Assembly: GCA_016867005.1 (NCBI GenBank)
Contig: VGKM01000002.1
Coordinates: 1 to 42,016, forward strand
Length of the DNA stretch: 42,016 nt
Source of the DNA: Candidatus Omnitrophota bacterium
GTDB lineage: Bacteria; Omnitrophota; Gorgyraeia; Gygaellales; Profunditerraquicolaceae
Reading direction: 5' to 3'
Shown: positions 14,873-23,753 of the stretch, one piece after another
Position numbering within the stretch: the first letter of the stretch is position 1
Layout: each line of letters begins with the position of its first letter
Notes under the pieces: generated by a model
Told to the model about the DNA's origin: nothing
Database searches by the model: none
The model's input: only the letters and a program-made list of their open reading frames with translations
Translations under genes and position numbers: made by a program

Positions 14873-17656
14873 CTAGCTATTCAATACCTTTCTCAAATAA
14901 TGCCCGGTATAAGAATCTTTGGCCTGCCCTATTTCTTCCGGGGTCCCTTTAGCTACGACCCGGCCGCCCAAATCCCCTCCCTCAGGCCCCAGGTCAATAA
15001 TATAATCGCTGCATTTGATGACTTCCAGGTTATGTTCAATCACGATTACGGTATTTCCTTTATCTACAAGGCGCGAAAGGACATTAATAAGTTTGGCGAC
15101 ATCGGCAAAATGAAGCCCTGTGGTGGGTTCATCTAAAATATACATTGTTTTGCCTGTTGAACGCTTGCTGAGCTCGGATGATAGCTTAATACGCTGAGCC
15201 TCGCCTCCGGATAATGTTGTCGCGGCCTGGCCCAATTCTAAATATCCGAGGCCGACTTCGCTTATCAAATTAAGCGTATGCCTTATATTAGGAATATTGG
15301 AAAACAGGTCTCCTGCTTCCTCTATCGTCATCTCCAGGCAGTCGGCGATTGATTTTCCTTTGTATTTGACCTCAAGCGTCGCCTCATTGAATCGCCGGCC
15401 CTTACAAACATCACATTTTACATAAACATCCGCCAAAAAATGCATTTCAATTTTCTTTATGCCGTCGCCCATGCATGCTTCGCAGCGCCCGCCTTTTACA
15501 TTAAAAGAAAACCTTCCGGGCTTAAACCCCCTGATTTTTGATTCCGGAAGCTTGCTATAAAAATCCCTGATATGGGTATAAACTCCCGTGTAGGTAGCAG
15601 GATTTGAACGCGGGGTCCTGCCTATCGGCGATTGATCGACGACTATCACCTTATCAATAAATTCTGTGCCTATGATCTTTTCATGCGAGCCGGGCTTCTC
15701 TTTTGATTTATATATCCTCTGTGCCAGCGCTTTAAATAATATCTCATCGATCAACGTTGACTTGCCTGAGCCCGAAACTCCGGTAATACAAGTAAATACC
15801 CCTAACGGGAATTTGACATCTATCTTTTTTAAATTATTTTCCGACGCGCCTTTAATCTCCAATATTTTCCTGTCCGCTATGCTTCTTCTCTTAACAGGCG
15901 CGCTGATCTTTAACTGGCGCCTCAGGTATTTTGCGGTAAGAGAATCCCGGCTCTTTAATAATTCTTCCTTACTGCCCCGGAAAATAACTTCTCCTCCGTG
16001 CCTGCCGGCGCCAGGGCCCAGGTCTACGATATAATCGGCCGCTAAAATAGTGTATTCGTCATGTTCAACGACTATCAACGTATTCCCCAGGTCGCGCAAT
16101 GCCTCCAGAGTAGAGATCAATTTGGCATTATCCCTTTGATGAAGCCCGATACTTGGTTCGTCCAATATGTATAATACCCCTACAAGCCCGCTGCCTACCT
16201 GGGTCGCCAGGCGTATTCTTTGCGCTTCGCCTCCGGATAAAGTAAAACTCCTCCTGTCCAAAGTCAAATAGTCAAGGCCGACATCAATACAAAACTGCAA
16301 TTTCTGGTTTATCTCTTTAAGCACCTGGCAGGCGATCATCTTGTCTCTCTCGTTCAATTCCAGCTCAAAGAAGAATTTCTTTGCTTCTTTTATTGAAAAT
16401 TTGGTTATCTCCCATATATTCCTGCCGCCTATCGTAACGGCCAAACTTTCTTTTTTCAGCCTTGCGCCAAGGCATACCGGGCAGGCGAGCGTTGACATGA
16501 ATTTGGAGATTTCCTGTTTTAGGTAATCACTGTCCGTATTCCTGAAAAGCCTTTCAAGATGCGGGATCACGCCTTCAAAGGGCTTGCCGCCTACTTCTTC
16601 CGGAGTGCCGAATAAGACTGCCTGGCGGACATCTTTGGGCAATTTTTTAAAAGGCGTATCCAAATCAAAATCCAGCGCATCAGATAATTCCCTGATCAGC
16701 CAGCGATAATATAAAATATACCCTCTGCCTCCTCTTTTCCATGGGGCAAGCGCGCCTTCATTTATAGATTTGTTTTTGTCGGGGACGATCAGGTCCGGGT
16801 CAAATTCAAATTTTGTGCCAAGGCCGTTACATCCGGGGCATGCGCCATAAGGGGAATTAAAAGAAAATACCCTCGGCTCGACCTCAGAATAACTTATACC
16901 GCATTTAGGGCAGGCATATTTTTCGTTAAAAACCATATCCGCAGACCTTCTGATTATTACCTTGCCCTTGCCGACTTTTAAAGCTGTCTCTACAGAATCG
17001 GTCAGCCGGTTTTTTATCCCGGGCTTAATTGTCAACCTGTCCACCAATACATCAATATTATGAGTTTTATATTTATGAAGTTTAATTTTTGCCGGCAGCT
17101 CTACAATCTTGCCGTCAACCCTGGCCCTGGAAAACCCGGATTTCTGTATTTCAAGAAATACCTCTTTAAATTCTCCTTTTTTACCTGACACCAGCGGAGC
17201 AAGTATCTGTATATTTTCACCCTGGCCGATACCTATGATCTTATCAATAATTTCCTGAGATGTCTGCCTCTCTATAGGCGATCCGCACCTGTAACAATTC
17301 ACTTTCCCAGCCCTGGCAAATAAAAGGCGGAGATAGTCATAGATTTCTGTCTGTGTGGCAACAGTAGAACGAGGATTGCCTCCCGCATTCCTTTGCTCAA
17401 TGGCAATGGCAGGCGAGAGGCCCTCGATAAATTCTACATCCGGCTTTTGCAGTTGTTCCAGGAATTGGCGCGCATAACTTGATAGGCTTTCGACAAACCT
17501 TCGCTGGCCTTCGGCATAAATCGTATCGAACGCAAGGCTGGATTTACCTGAACCCGAAAGCCCCGTAATTACAATAAGTTTATTCCGGGGCAGCTCCAGG
17601 TGGATATTTTTTAAATTATGAACTTTTGCCCCTTTTATTACAATGTTTTCAACCAT
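14873..17656 (-). CDS. uvrA: Excinuclease ABC subunit A
   Basis: 927 aa. It has two ABC ATPase modules (GLSGSGKSS, GVSGSGKST, LSGGEAQR x2) and zinc modules CPKCG...CPGC and CEAC...CDVC. Confidence 0.97.
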   Translation of the reverse strand: MVENIVIKGAKVHNLKNIHLELPRNKLIVITGLSGSGKSSLAFDTIYAEGQRRFVESLSSYARQFLEQLQKPDVEFIEGLSPAIAIEQRNAGGNPRSTVATQTEIYDYLRLLFARAGKVNCYRCGSPIERQTSQEIIDKIIGIGQGENIQILAPLVSGKKGEFKEVFLEIQKSGFSRARVDGKIVELPAKIKLHKYKTHNIDVLVDRLTIKPGIKNRLTDSVETALKVGKGKVIIRRSADMVFNEKYACPKCGISYSEVEPRVFSFNSPYGACPGCNGLGTKFEFDPDLIVPDKNKSINEGALAPWKRGGRGYILYYRWLIRELSDALDFDLDTPFKKLPKDVRQAVLFGTPEEVGGKPFEGVIPHLERLFRNTDSDYLKQEISKFMSTLACPVCLGARLKKESLAVTIGGRNIWEITKFSIKEAKKFFFELELNERDKMIACQVLKEINQKLQFCIDVGLDYLTLDRRSFTLSGGEAQRIRLATQVGSGLVGVLYILDEPSIGLHQRDNAKLISTLEALRDLGNTLIVVEHDEYTILAADYIVDLGPGAGRHGGEVIFRGSKEELLKSRDSLTAKYLRRQLKISAPVKRRSIADRKILEIKGASENNLKKIDVKFPLGVFTCITGVSGSGKSTLIDEILFKALAQRIYKSKEKPGSHEKIIGTEFIDKVIVVDQSPIGRTPRSNPATYTGVYTHIRDFYSKLPESKIRGFKPGRFSFNVKGGRCEACMGDGIKKIEMHFLADVYVKCDVCKGRRFNEATLEVKYKGKSIADCLEMTIEEAGDLFSNIPNIRHTLNLISEVGLGYLELGQAATTLSGGEAQRIKLSSELSKRSTGKTMYILDEPTTGLHFADVAKLINVLSRLVDKGNTVIVIEHNLEVIKCSDYIIDLGPEGGDLGGRVVAKGTPEEIGQAKDSYTGHYLRKVLNS

Positions 17657-17675
17657 AGGATTTTAAGAGAAATAC

Positions 17676-17720
17676 GGGGACGGTTCTAACCTTTTAAAAA
17701 CAGAACCGTCCCCTTTTTTT
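17676..17720. terminator. Perfect 12-bp hairpin between the small basic gene and uvrA; possible partial or bidirectional terminator
   Basis: GGGGACGGTTCT (17676-17687) and AGAACCGTCCCC (17702-17713) with a 14-nt loop. T7 follows on the plus strand. On the minus (coding) strand an A-rich tract precedes the stem, and only the moderately U-rich GTATTTCTCTT follows it. Confidence 0.5.
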
Positions 17721-17738
17721 GTGTTTTTTACCAATTAA

Positions 17739-17978
17739 TTATTTCTTTTTCTTTTTACCGCCTCTCTTCATTACGGCGCAAGAAATATCACCTTGCTTAT
17801 CGACAAAGTAGAGGTACCCCTTCTGCCTTTTAACTCCGCATTTTGCTACTTTTTTAGGGCTGCCTCCTTTTTTGGCGCCTCTTGCCATCTTTGCACAAGA
17901 AACATCGCCTTGCTTATCGATGTAATAAAGGAACCCTTTTACCCTCTTGATACCGACTTTCATGAGTTTTTTTGCCAT
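17739..17978 (-). CDS. Very basic 79-aa protein made of two tandem ~32-aa repeats (hypothetical; possible nucleic-acid binding)
   Basis: Residues 8-39 (VGIKRVKGFLYYIDKQGDVSCAKMARGAKKGG) and 47-78 (CGVKRQKGYLYFVDKQGDISCAVMKRGGKKKK) share 20 of 32 identical residues. It has 25 Lys/Arg against 4 Asp and 0 Glu. SD GAGGGGGTG lies upstream of the ATG. Confidence 0.6.
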   Translation of the reverse strand: MAKKLMKVGIKRVKGFLYYIDKQGDVSCAKMARGAKKGGSPKKVAKCGVKRQKGYLYFVDKQGDISCAVMKRGGKKKKK

Positions 17979-18010
17979 AATCTGTATTCACCCCCTCTCA
18001 TTTTAAAATT

Positions 18011-18835
18011 TTAAGAGCCGACCTTTACCGGCCCCAAAATCTGCCTTAAGACTGCGACGCTGGATAAATAAGCCAGATAGCTTGTTTTGGGGTTATCCGG
18101 ATGCAGGATATTTTCTGTACGCGTCGTGATTATCCCTGCTTCCGAATAGACCTTGATCTGGTGAATATTGCGCTTTGTTTTAGCCGAAGCGATTATACGG
18201 ACTTTTGTTTTTTCAGGGCCGATCCCGGCAATGCTTAAGATTGCCGCTACGTTTATATTCTGGGGGAAATATTTTACGGCCTCGTTTGCGCTGCCGGAAA
18301 ATAAAATCCGTTCACCCCTGATACTTTCCAACTTGATACCTTTATCCTTAATATATTTTACGCCCCTAAAAGATGCCGGATTCTTAATGGTCGTAAGCAC
18401 GACCTCTTTTATTTTACTACATTTAAGCGCTTTTATGGCGTCGATCCCTGAAATTGCCCCGCTTGGTAAATAGATCTTTGAGTTATGCTTCTCTGCCAAA
18501 ACAGCCAATTGCCGGTATTTATTCAGGATCCCGCCGACACTTAAAACCATGCAATCGCGGGATTTCTTTAGCGCCTCTTGAGCAATGCTAAAAGAACACT
18601 TTGCGCTGCTTGTTTCAATGACCAGGTCTGATTTATTTATCAAGGCACTCAGCCGGGAAGCAACAAGAGAATCATCCTTGACTAATACTTCCGAGAGAGC
18701 ACCGGCCTTCTGCCGGTCGATATCAAAAAGGGAAACTAATCTTGCCTTCCCCCTGAATTGCCTGAAAATCGCATTAGCTAAAGAGCTGCCGATAGCGCCG
18801 CATCCTACAATGCCTATTTTTAATGGGTTATGCAT
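18011..18835 (-). CDS. nadX: L-aspartate dehydrogenase family protein (NadX-like)
   Basis: 274 aa with a Rossmann motif IGIVGCGAIG. Blocks PSGAISGIDAIKA, FPQNINVAA, NIHQI and HPDNPKTS match my recollection of Thermotoga maritima NadX (PSGAIGGLD, FPRNINVA, NIH, ENPKTS). Confidence 0.8.
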   Translation of the reverse strand: MHNPLKIGIVGCGAIGSSLANAIFRQFRGKARLVSLFDIDRQKAGALSEVLVKDDSLVASRLSALINKSDLVIETSSAKCSFSIAQEALKKSRDCMVLSVGGILNKYRQLAVLAEKHNSKIYLPSGAISGIDAIKALKCSKIKEVVLTTIKNPASFRGVKYIKDKGIKLESIRGERILFSGSANEAVKYFPQNINVAAILSIAGIGPEKTKVRIIASAKTKRNIHQIKVYSEAGIITTRTENILHPDNPKTSYLAYLSSVAVLRQILGPVKVGS

Positions 18836-19665
18836 ATATTATCAATAAGCCGGGTTTTCCCTATTCGGACAGCCAGTGCTATCAAATATCCCCCGGTAAT
18901 TTTTTTTAACGGCTTGAGTGTACGCGGATCAACGATAGCAACATAATCAATCTTGGCCGATTTTTCTTTTCTGATCAGGCCTCTCATCAACCGGATAACC
19001 CTGGCGGCATTCCTTTCGCCTTTTTTAATACAGGATTTTGCAAGGTTTAATGACTCTTGCAGGGCCAATGCGCTGCCTTGTTCTTTTGGGCTTAAATATT
19101 CATTACGGGAACTTAAAGCCAATCCATCTTTATTTCGCAGCGTGGGCATTATTTTAATCTTAAGCGGAAAATTTAAATCCCGGCACATCTGTTTTATTAT
19201 AACTGCCTGCTGGGCATCTTTTTGGCCAAAATAGGCAAGATCCGGCTGGACAATATTAAAAAGCTTTGCAACAACCGTCGCCACCCCGGCAAAATGCCCA
19301 GGGCGCGATTTCCCGCACAATAGGCCGCTTAATTGCCGGACATAAACATTTGTCTTAAAATCATCCGGGTACATCTCCCCGGGATCCGGATTAAAGATAA
19401 TGTCTACACCTTCTTTCCTGCAAAGCTGAGTATCGCCTCTTAGGTCGCGCGGATACTTCTTAAAATCTTCATTCGGCCCGAATTGAGAGGGATTGATAAA
19501 GATACTGACTACGCAGAGATCGCTATGCTTTCTTGCCGCCCTGATTAAACTAAGGTGCCCTGCGTGCAAAGCCCCCATTGTCGGGACAAAGCCGATTGTC
19601 TTACCCCTGGCTTTTCCGGAAGAAGAAACTTTTTGCATTAAGCCGATGCTGTGAATAATCCTCAT
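18820..19665 (-). CDS. panC: Pantoate--beta-alanine ligase
   Basis: 281 aa with GFVPTMGALHAGHLSL (HIGH-type motif), FGQKDAQQ and ALSSRN. Confidence 0.95.
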   Translation of the reverse strand: MRIIHSIGLMQKVSSSGKARGKTIGFVPTMGALHAGHLSLIRAARKHSDLCVVSIFINPSQFGPNEDFKKYPRDLRGDTQLCRKEGVDIIFNPDPGEMYPDDFKTNVYVRQLSGLLCGKSRPGHFAGVATVVAKLFNIVQPDLAYFGQKDAQQAVIIKQMCRDLNFPLKIKIMPTLRNKDGLALSSRNEYLSPKEQGSALALQESLNLAKSCIKKGERNAARVIRLMRGLIRKEKSAKIDYVAIVDPRTLKPLKKITGGYLIALAVRIGKTRLIDNICITH

Positions 19666-20063
19666 ATTACTTCCGATAACGGTTTTAAAACAAATTTACG
19701 TTCAAATACCAAAGGATGCGGGATCAATAACCCTTTTCTGTTTATGACCTTTTCTCCGTAAAAAAGAATGTCCAGATCAATTGCCCTGGGGCCCCAACGG
19801 ACAGACTTCCTGCGCCCGATTTCAATTTCTATGCATTTAACTTTCTTAAGTAATATTTGCGGAGATAATTTGGTCCTGATTTTTAAGGCGGCATTCAGGT
19901 ATTTTGGCTGGCCTAGAGGGCCGCCGACAGGTGAAGTTTCAAAAACTTTTGAAAACCTGATTACTTCGGTATCTTTCAATTCGCTTACTTTTTTTACGGC
20001 TAATCTGATGTTTTTGGCCTTATTCCCTAAATTAGAACCAAGGCCTAAATAACAAACAACCAT
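19662..20063 (-). CDS. folK: 2-amino-4-hydroxy-6-hydroxymethyldihydropteridine diphosphokinase (HPPK)
   Basis: 133 aa with YLGLGSNLGN, NAALKI, RWGPRAIDLDILFYG and LIPHP. Confidence 0.9.
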   Translation of the reverse strand: MVVCYLGLGSNLGNKAKNIRLAVKKVSELKDTEVIRFSKVFETSPVGGPLGQPKYLNAALKIRTKLSPQILLKKVKCIEIEIGRRKSVRWGPRAIDLDILFYGEKVINRKGLLIPHPLVFERKFVLKPLSEVI

Positions 20064-20074
20064 AATTCTCCTGG

Positions 20075-21232
20075 TTAAATTTTTTTGAGCCGTTCCAACG
20101 CTTCGCTTATCCGCTCTTTCGGTACTGTCAATGCCATACGAATATACCCCTCGCCGTATTTACCAAACCCGACTCCGGGAGTCACAATTAAGTTGGCCTT
20201 TTCCAATAAAAGAGAAGAAAATTTCAGTGAATCTGTTTTCGAAGGTATCTTTATCCAGACATAGAACGTTGCTTTAGGAGCTGAAACGTTCCAGCCGAGC
20301 AAATTCAACCCTTTAATCAAGGTATCGCGCCTTTCCTGATAAAGCGCGCACATCCTTTTTACATGTTCCCCTTGGCCTTCCAGTGCCGTAACTCCGGCTA
20401 ACTGTATTGCAGAAAAGATCCCGGAATCCACATTGGATTTAACTTTTGCCAATGCAGAAACTAATTCCTGGTTGCCACATGCCCAGCCGATGCGCCAGCC
20501 GGTCATATTACAGGTCTTAGAAAGAGAATGAAATTCTATTGCCAGGTCTTTGGCGCCTTCTATTTCCAGAAAACTCAAAGGACGATAGCCGTCATAACAC
20601 ATCTCTGAATAAGCAAGGTCGGAAATGACTATCAATTTATTCTTCCTGGCAAAATCCACCACCTCTTTATAAAAACCTGCATCGGCGGTTGCGGAAGTAG
20701 GATTGTTGGGGTAATTTATATAAATCACCCTGGATTTTTTTAAAATATTCTGCGGTATCTTTTTTAAATCAGGCAGGAACCCGTTTGATTCAACTAGCGG
20801 CATTAAATAAGGCCTTCCGCCTGCCAATATCGTCCCGCCTTTATAAGGAGGATAGCACGGATCAGGGACCAGGGAATAATCGCCTTCATTTAAGAAAGCC
20901 AGCGGAAAATGCGCGATGCCTTCTTTGGAACCGATTAAGGGCAAAATTTCATTTTCAGCGCCTAAAATTACGCCGAATCTTTCTTTGTACCAGGCTGCAA
21001 TTGCCTGGCGCAATACAGGCATACCCTGGTCTAATGCATACCGGTGCGTAGCCGGATCAAGCACTGCCTGGTTTAATCGTTCGATGATATAAGCAGGCGT
21101 CGGCTGGTCAGGGTCTCCTATTCCTAAATCAATAATATCGCGCCCTTCCTGGCGCGCTTTTCTCTTGGCCTTATCGATTTCCAGGAAAAGATACGGCGGC
21201 AAACTTTGAATTTTCTTAGAAAGCTTAAACAT
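20075..21232 (-). CDS. dapL: LL-diaminopimelate aminotransferase (DapL-type class I aminotransferase)
   Basis: 385 aa. LPPYLFLEIDKAKRKARQEGRDIIDLGIGDPDQPTP is a DapL-like N-terminus, and SLSKTCNMTGWRIGW contains the PLP lysine. It sits in the dap cluster, which has no dapD/C/E. Confidence 0.75.
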   Translation of the reverse strand: MFKLSKKIQSLPPYLFLEIDKAKRKARQEGRDIIDLGIGDPDQPTPAYIIERLNQAVLDPATHRYALDQGMPVLRQAIAAWYKERFGVILGAENEILPLIGSKEGIAHFPLAFLNEGDYSLVPDPCYPPYKGGTILAGGRPYLMPLVESNGFLPDLKKIPQNILKKSRVIYINYPNNPTSATADAGFYKEVVDFARKNKLIVISDLAYSEMCYDGYRPLSFLEIEGAKDLAIEFHSLSKTCNMTGWRIGWACGNQELVSALAKVKSNVDSGIFSAIQLAGVTALEGQGEHVKRMCALYQERRDTLIKGLNLLGWNVSAPKATFYVWIKIPSKTDSLKFSSLLLEKANLIVTPGVGFGKYGEGYIRMALTVPKERISEALERLKKI

Positions 21233-21241
21233 GATTTGTCC

Positions 21242-21952
21242 TTATTTTAAAACATCCTGCATGGAATAAAGCCCTGCCGGCTTTCCTACGACCCACTTAG
21301 CTGCTCTTAGAGCGCCGAAAGCAAACGGTTCGCGCGAATGCGCCTGGTGCTTAATCTCTATGCGTTCCGAATTACCGCAAAAATAAACTGTATGATCCCC
21401 TACGATATCCCCGAGCCTTATGGCATGGATAGGCACCTCTTTTTTTACGGCATCGGCTAAAATCTGGCCTATTTTTTTTGCTGTGCCTGAAGGAGAATCT
21501 TTCTTTGTTTTGTGGTGTGCCTCTGTTATCTCAATGCCGTAATCGGCGCCGAGCTTTTTGGCTATCTCCGGCAGCATCGTAAACAGTACATTGACCCCTA
21601 CCGACATATTCGGAGAAAATACAACCGGCACGACCGAAGATACCTCTTCTATTTTCTTAAGCTGCGCATCATTGAACCCCGTTGTGCCTAAAACAAGTGC
21701 TTTCCTGTAGCGGGCGACAAAATCAAGGTTGATTTCGCTTGCTTCGGGAATGGTAAAATCGATCAATACGTCCACCAGGAATAAGCCATCGGCATTGGAC
21801 GAAACTTTTAATTTCCCCATTTCCCTGCCGATTAAAGGCGTGCCTTTTTTCTCTAAGACAAGGGTGACCTCGATATCCTTATCAACAGCAGCTAATTCAT
21901 AAATACGCCTGCCCATTTTCCCGCAAGCACCGGCGATTCCTAATTTTATCAT
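21242..21952 (-). CDS. dapB: 4-hydroxy-tetrahydrodipicolinate reductase
   Basis: 236 aa with GIAGACGKMGRRI, GTTGF and EAHHKTKKDSPSGTA. Confidence 0.93.
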   Translation of the reverse strand: MIKLGIAGACGKMGRRIYELAAVDKDIEVTLVLEKKGTPLIGREMGKLKVSSNADGLFLVDVLIDFTIPEASEINLDFVARYRKALVLGTTGFNDAQLKKIEEVSSVVPVVFSPNMSVGVNVLFTMLPEIAKKLGADYGIEITEAHHKTKKDSPSGTAKKIGQILADAVKKEVPIHAIRLGDIVGDHTVYFCGNSERIEIKHQAHSREPFAFGALRAAKWVVGKPAGLYSMQDVLK

Positions 21953-21998
21953 TTATATTTCTCCTTAAAATTAAAGTTGCATCTTTCGATTTACTTTA

Positions 21999-22027
21999 AT
22001 TTTATCCCGAGCTCTGTCGAGGGACAA
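21999..22027 (-). promoter_or_regulatory. Weak candidate internal promoter upstream of dapB
   Basis: The minus strand has TTGTCC (22027-22022), a 17-nt spacer and TAAAAT (22004-21999) within the 98-bp dapA-dapB gap. Confidence 0.3.
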
Positions 22028-22050
22028 ACAAAGCTACCTAGCCAAGATTA

Positions 22051-22956
22051 TTATAATAACCCGTATTCTTTTAGCGCTTTTTTAAGTTTCTCCAGATTTT
22101 CAGGCGCCATTGCGCACATCGGCAGCCGCAAATCCGGCTCACACATCCCTAATATGCCCATAGCGGTCTTTACCGGAATCGGGTTTGTCTCAATAAACAT
22201 CGCCTTTACTAACGGAAGTAATTTAAAGTGGATTTCCTGCGCTTTTTTAATGTTCCCTTTTTCAAACTCATGTACCAAATTAGCGACGTCTTTAGGCACA
22301 ATATTGGCAACCACCGAAATAATTCCCGTGCCTCCGATGCCTAAAACAGGCAGAGTCAGACCGTCATCGCCTGAAATCAAAATAAATTTCTTCGGACAAA
22401 GTTGTTTTATACGCGACATCTGCTCTAAATTACCCGAGGCCTCTTTGACTGCTACGATATTCTTGCAATCATGTGCCAATTTTGCAATCGTCTCCGGTTC
22501 AATATTGACACCTGTACGGGAAGCTATGTTATAAAGGATTATTGGGATATCTACGGCATCGGCAACAGCTTTAAAATGCTCATACAGGCCTCTTTGAGTC
22601 GGCCTGTTATAATAAGGGGACACCTGCAATGACGCGTCAGCGCCTGCTGAGGCTGCCTGTTTGGTAAGCATTATGGCTTCTTCGGTGGAATTCGAGCCTG
22701 TGCCGGCGATTACCGGGACTCTTTTATTCACCTGCTTGATGGTAATTTCAATTACCCTCTCGTGCTCGGCAAATGATAAAGTCGCGGACTCGCCGGTTGT
22801 TCCGCAGGGGACAATGCCGGAAGTGCCACTTTTTATATGAAATTCTATCAATTCTTTAAATTTCTTTTCGTCAATAACTAATTTCTTTCCGCCGGAGGCG
22901 GATCCGCCTACGGTGGAAAAAGGAGTTACAATAGCCACAATAGAGCCCTTAAACAT
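22051..22956 (-). CDS. dapA: 4-hydroxy-tetrahydrodipicolinate synthase
   Basis: 301 aa with PCGTTGESATLS, YNRPTQ and AVKEASG (active-site Lys). Confidence 0.93.
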   Translation of the reverse strand: MFKGSIVAIVTPFSTVGGSASGGKKLVIDEKKFKELIEFHIKSGTSGIVPCGTTGESATLSFAEHERVIEITIKQVNKRVPVIAGTGSNSTEEAIMLTKQAASAGADASLQVSPYYNRPTQRGLYEHFKAVADAVDIPIILYNIASRTGVNIEPETIAKLAHDCKNIVAVKEASGNLEQMSRIKQLCPKKFILISGDDGLTLPVLGIGGTGIISVVANIVPKDVANLVHEFEKGNIKKAQEIHFKLLPLVKAMFIETNPIPVKTAMGILGMCEPDLRLPMCAMAPENLEKLKKALKEYGLL

Positions 22957-23752
22957 AATACTCCCCCTTGTAAACTATTCTGGCTCTGCCCTCCAGCCAG
23001 ACATTAGAAAATTTATTTATTTTCCTGTCAAAATAAACTTTTAACACTTCCCCGCTCTTGGTGTGGACATTTATTTTTCCCACTGAGCCGGTTTTTAATG
23101 CAAAAATCAAAGCCGAAGCAACACTGCCCGTTCCGCAGGCCAATGTCTCATCTTCTACGCCTCTTTCATAAGTGCGTATTTTAAAAGAATCATTATTCAG
23201 CACTTCGATAATATCTACGTTAGTGCCTTTGGGCGCGAATTTCTTATTGAAGCGGACCAAAGGTGCGATTTCTTTAAGGTTTATTTTGTCCAACCCTTCT
23301 GCAAAGATCACGGCATGAGGGACTCCGGTATCAATAAAATTTACTTTGATATTACGCAAACCAGCCCTAATCAAAATATCCTGCTTTAAATCCTTTGGGG
23401 CGGTTAATTTTATCTTTACGTTATCGCCGCATACCATTGCCTCGATAATCCCTGCCTTTGTCTCAATTTTCAGTGTGCGGCGTGCGGCGTGCGGCGTGCG
23501 GCTAATATATAAAGCGGTGCAACGGGCGCCATTTCCGCACATCTCTGCCTCCGAACCATCGGCATTAAATATCCTCATCCTGATATCAGCAGCTTTTGAC
23601 TTCTCAAGCACCAGTAGCCCGTCAGATCCGATACCGAATTTCCTGTCGCACATGGCCCTGGCTGCACGCGTTAAATCCCTCCCTATCCCGGAATCAACTA
23701 CTACAAAATCATTCCCGGAAGCGACCATTTTTGTGAATTTTATTCTTTTCAT
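22949..23752 (-). CDS. dapF: Diaminopimelate epimerase
   Basis: Motifs KMVASGNDFVVVD, EMCGNGARC and LACGTGSVA give the two catalytic Cys. I chose the start at 23752 (MKRIKF...), 1 nt after the lysA stop. The ORF track extends to 23788. Confidence 0.92.
   Translation of the reverse strand: MKRIKFTKMVASGNDFVVVDSGIGRDLTRAARAMCDRKFGIGSDGLLVLEKSKAADIRMRIFNADGSEAEMCGNGARCTALYISRTPHAARRTLKIETKAGIIEAMVCGDNVKIKLTAPKDLKQDILIRAGLRNIKVNFIDTGVPHAVIFAEGLDKINLKEIAPLVRFNKKFAPKGTNVDIIEVLNNDSFKIRTYERGVEDETLACGTGSVASALIFALKTGSVGKINVHTKSGEVLKVYFDRKINKFSNVWLEGRARIVYKGEYYV
23475..23502. repeat. Perfect heptanucleotide tandem repeat (GTGCGGC)x4 inside dapF
   Basis: Read directly: gtgcggc gtgcggc gtgcggc gtgcggc. 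On the coding strand (GCCGCAC)x4 encodes ...SRTPHAARRT.... Confidence 0.95.
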
Positions 23753-23753
23753 A

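Noticed and set aside
17676-17713. LexA/SOS box upstream of uvrA within the GGTTCT...AGAACC hairpin
   Set aside because: It does not fit CTGT-N8-ACAG, the Cheo box GAAC-N4-GTTC (the half-sites are 16 nt apart and inverted), or the GGTT-N2-C-N4-G-N3-ACC type. A terminator-like hairpin is the simpler reading.
21953-22050. Lysine riboswitch (L-box) or other leader in the dapA-dapB gap
   Set aside because: The 98-bp gap is too short for an L-box (about 180 nt), and only a weak, imperfect hairpin around the SacI-like GAGCTC is present. A weak internal promoter is listed as a low-confidence feature instead.
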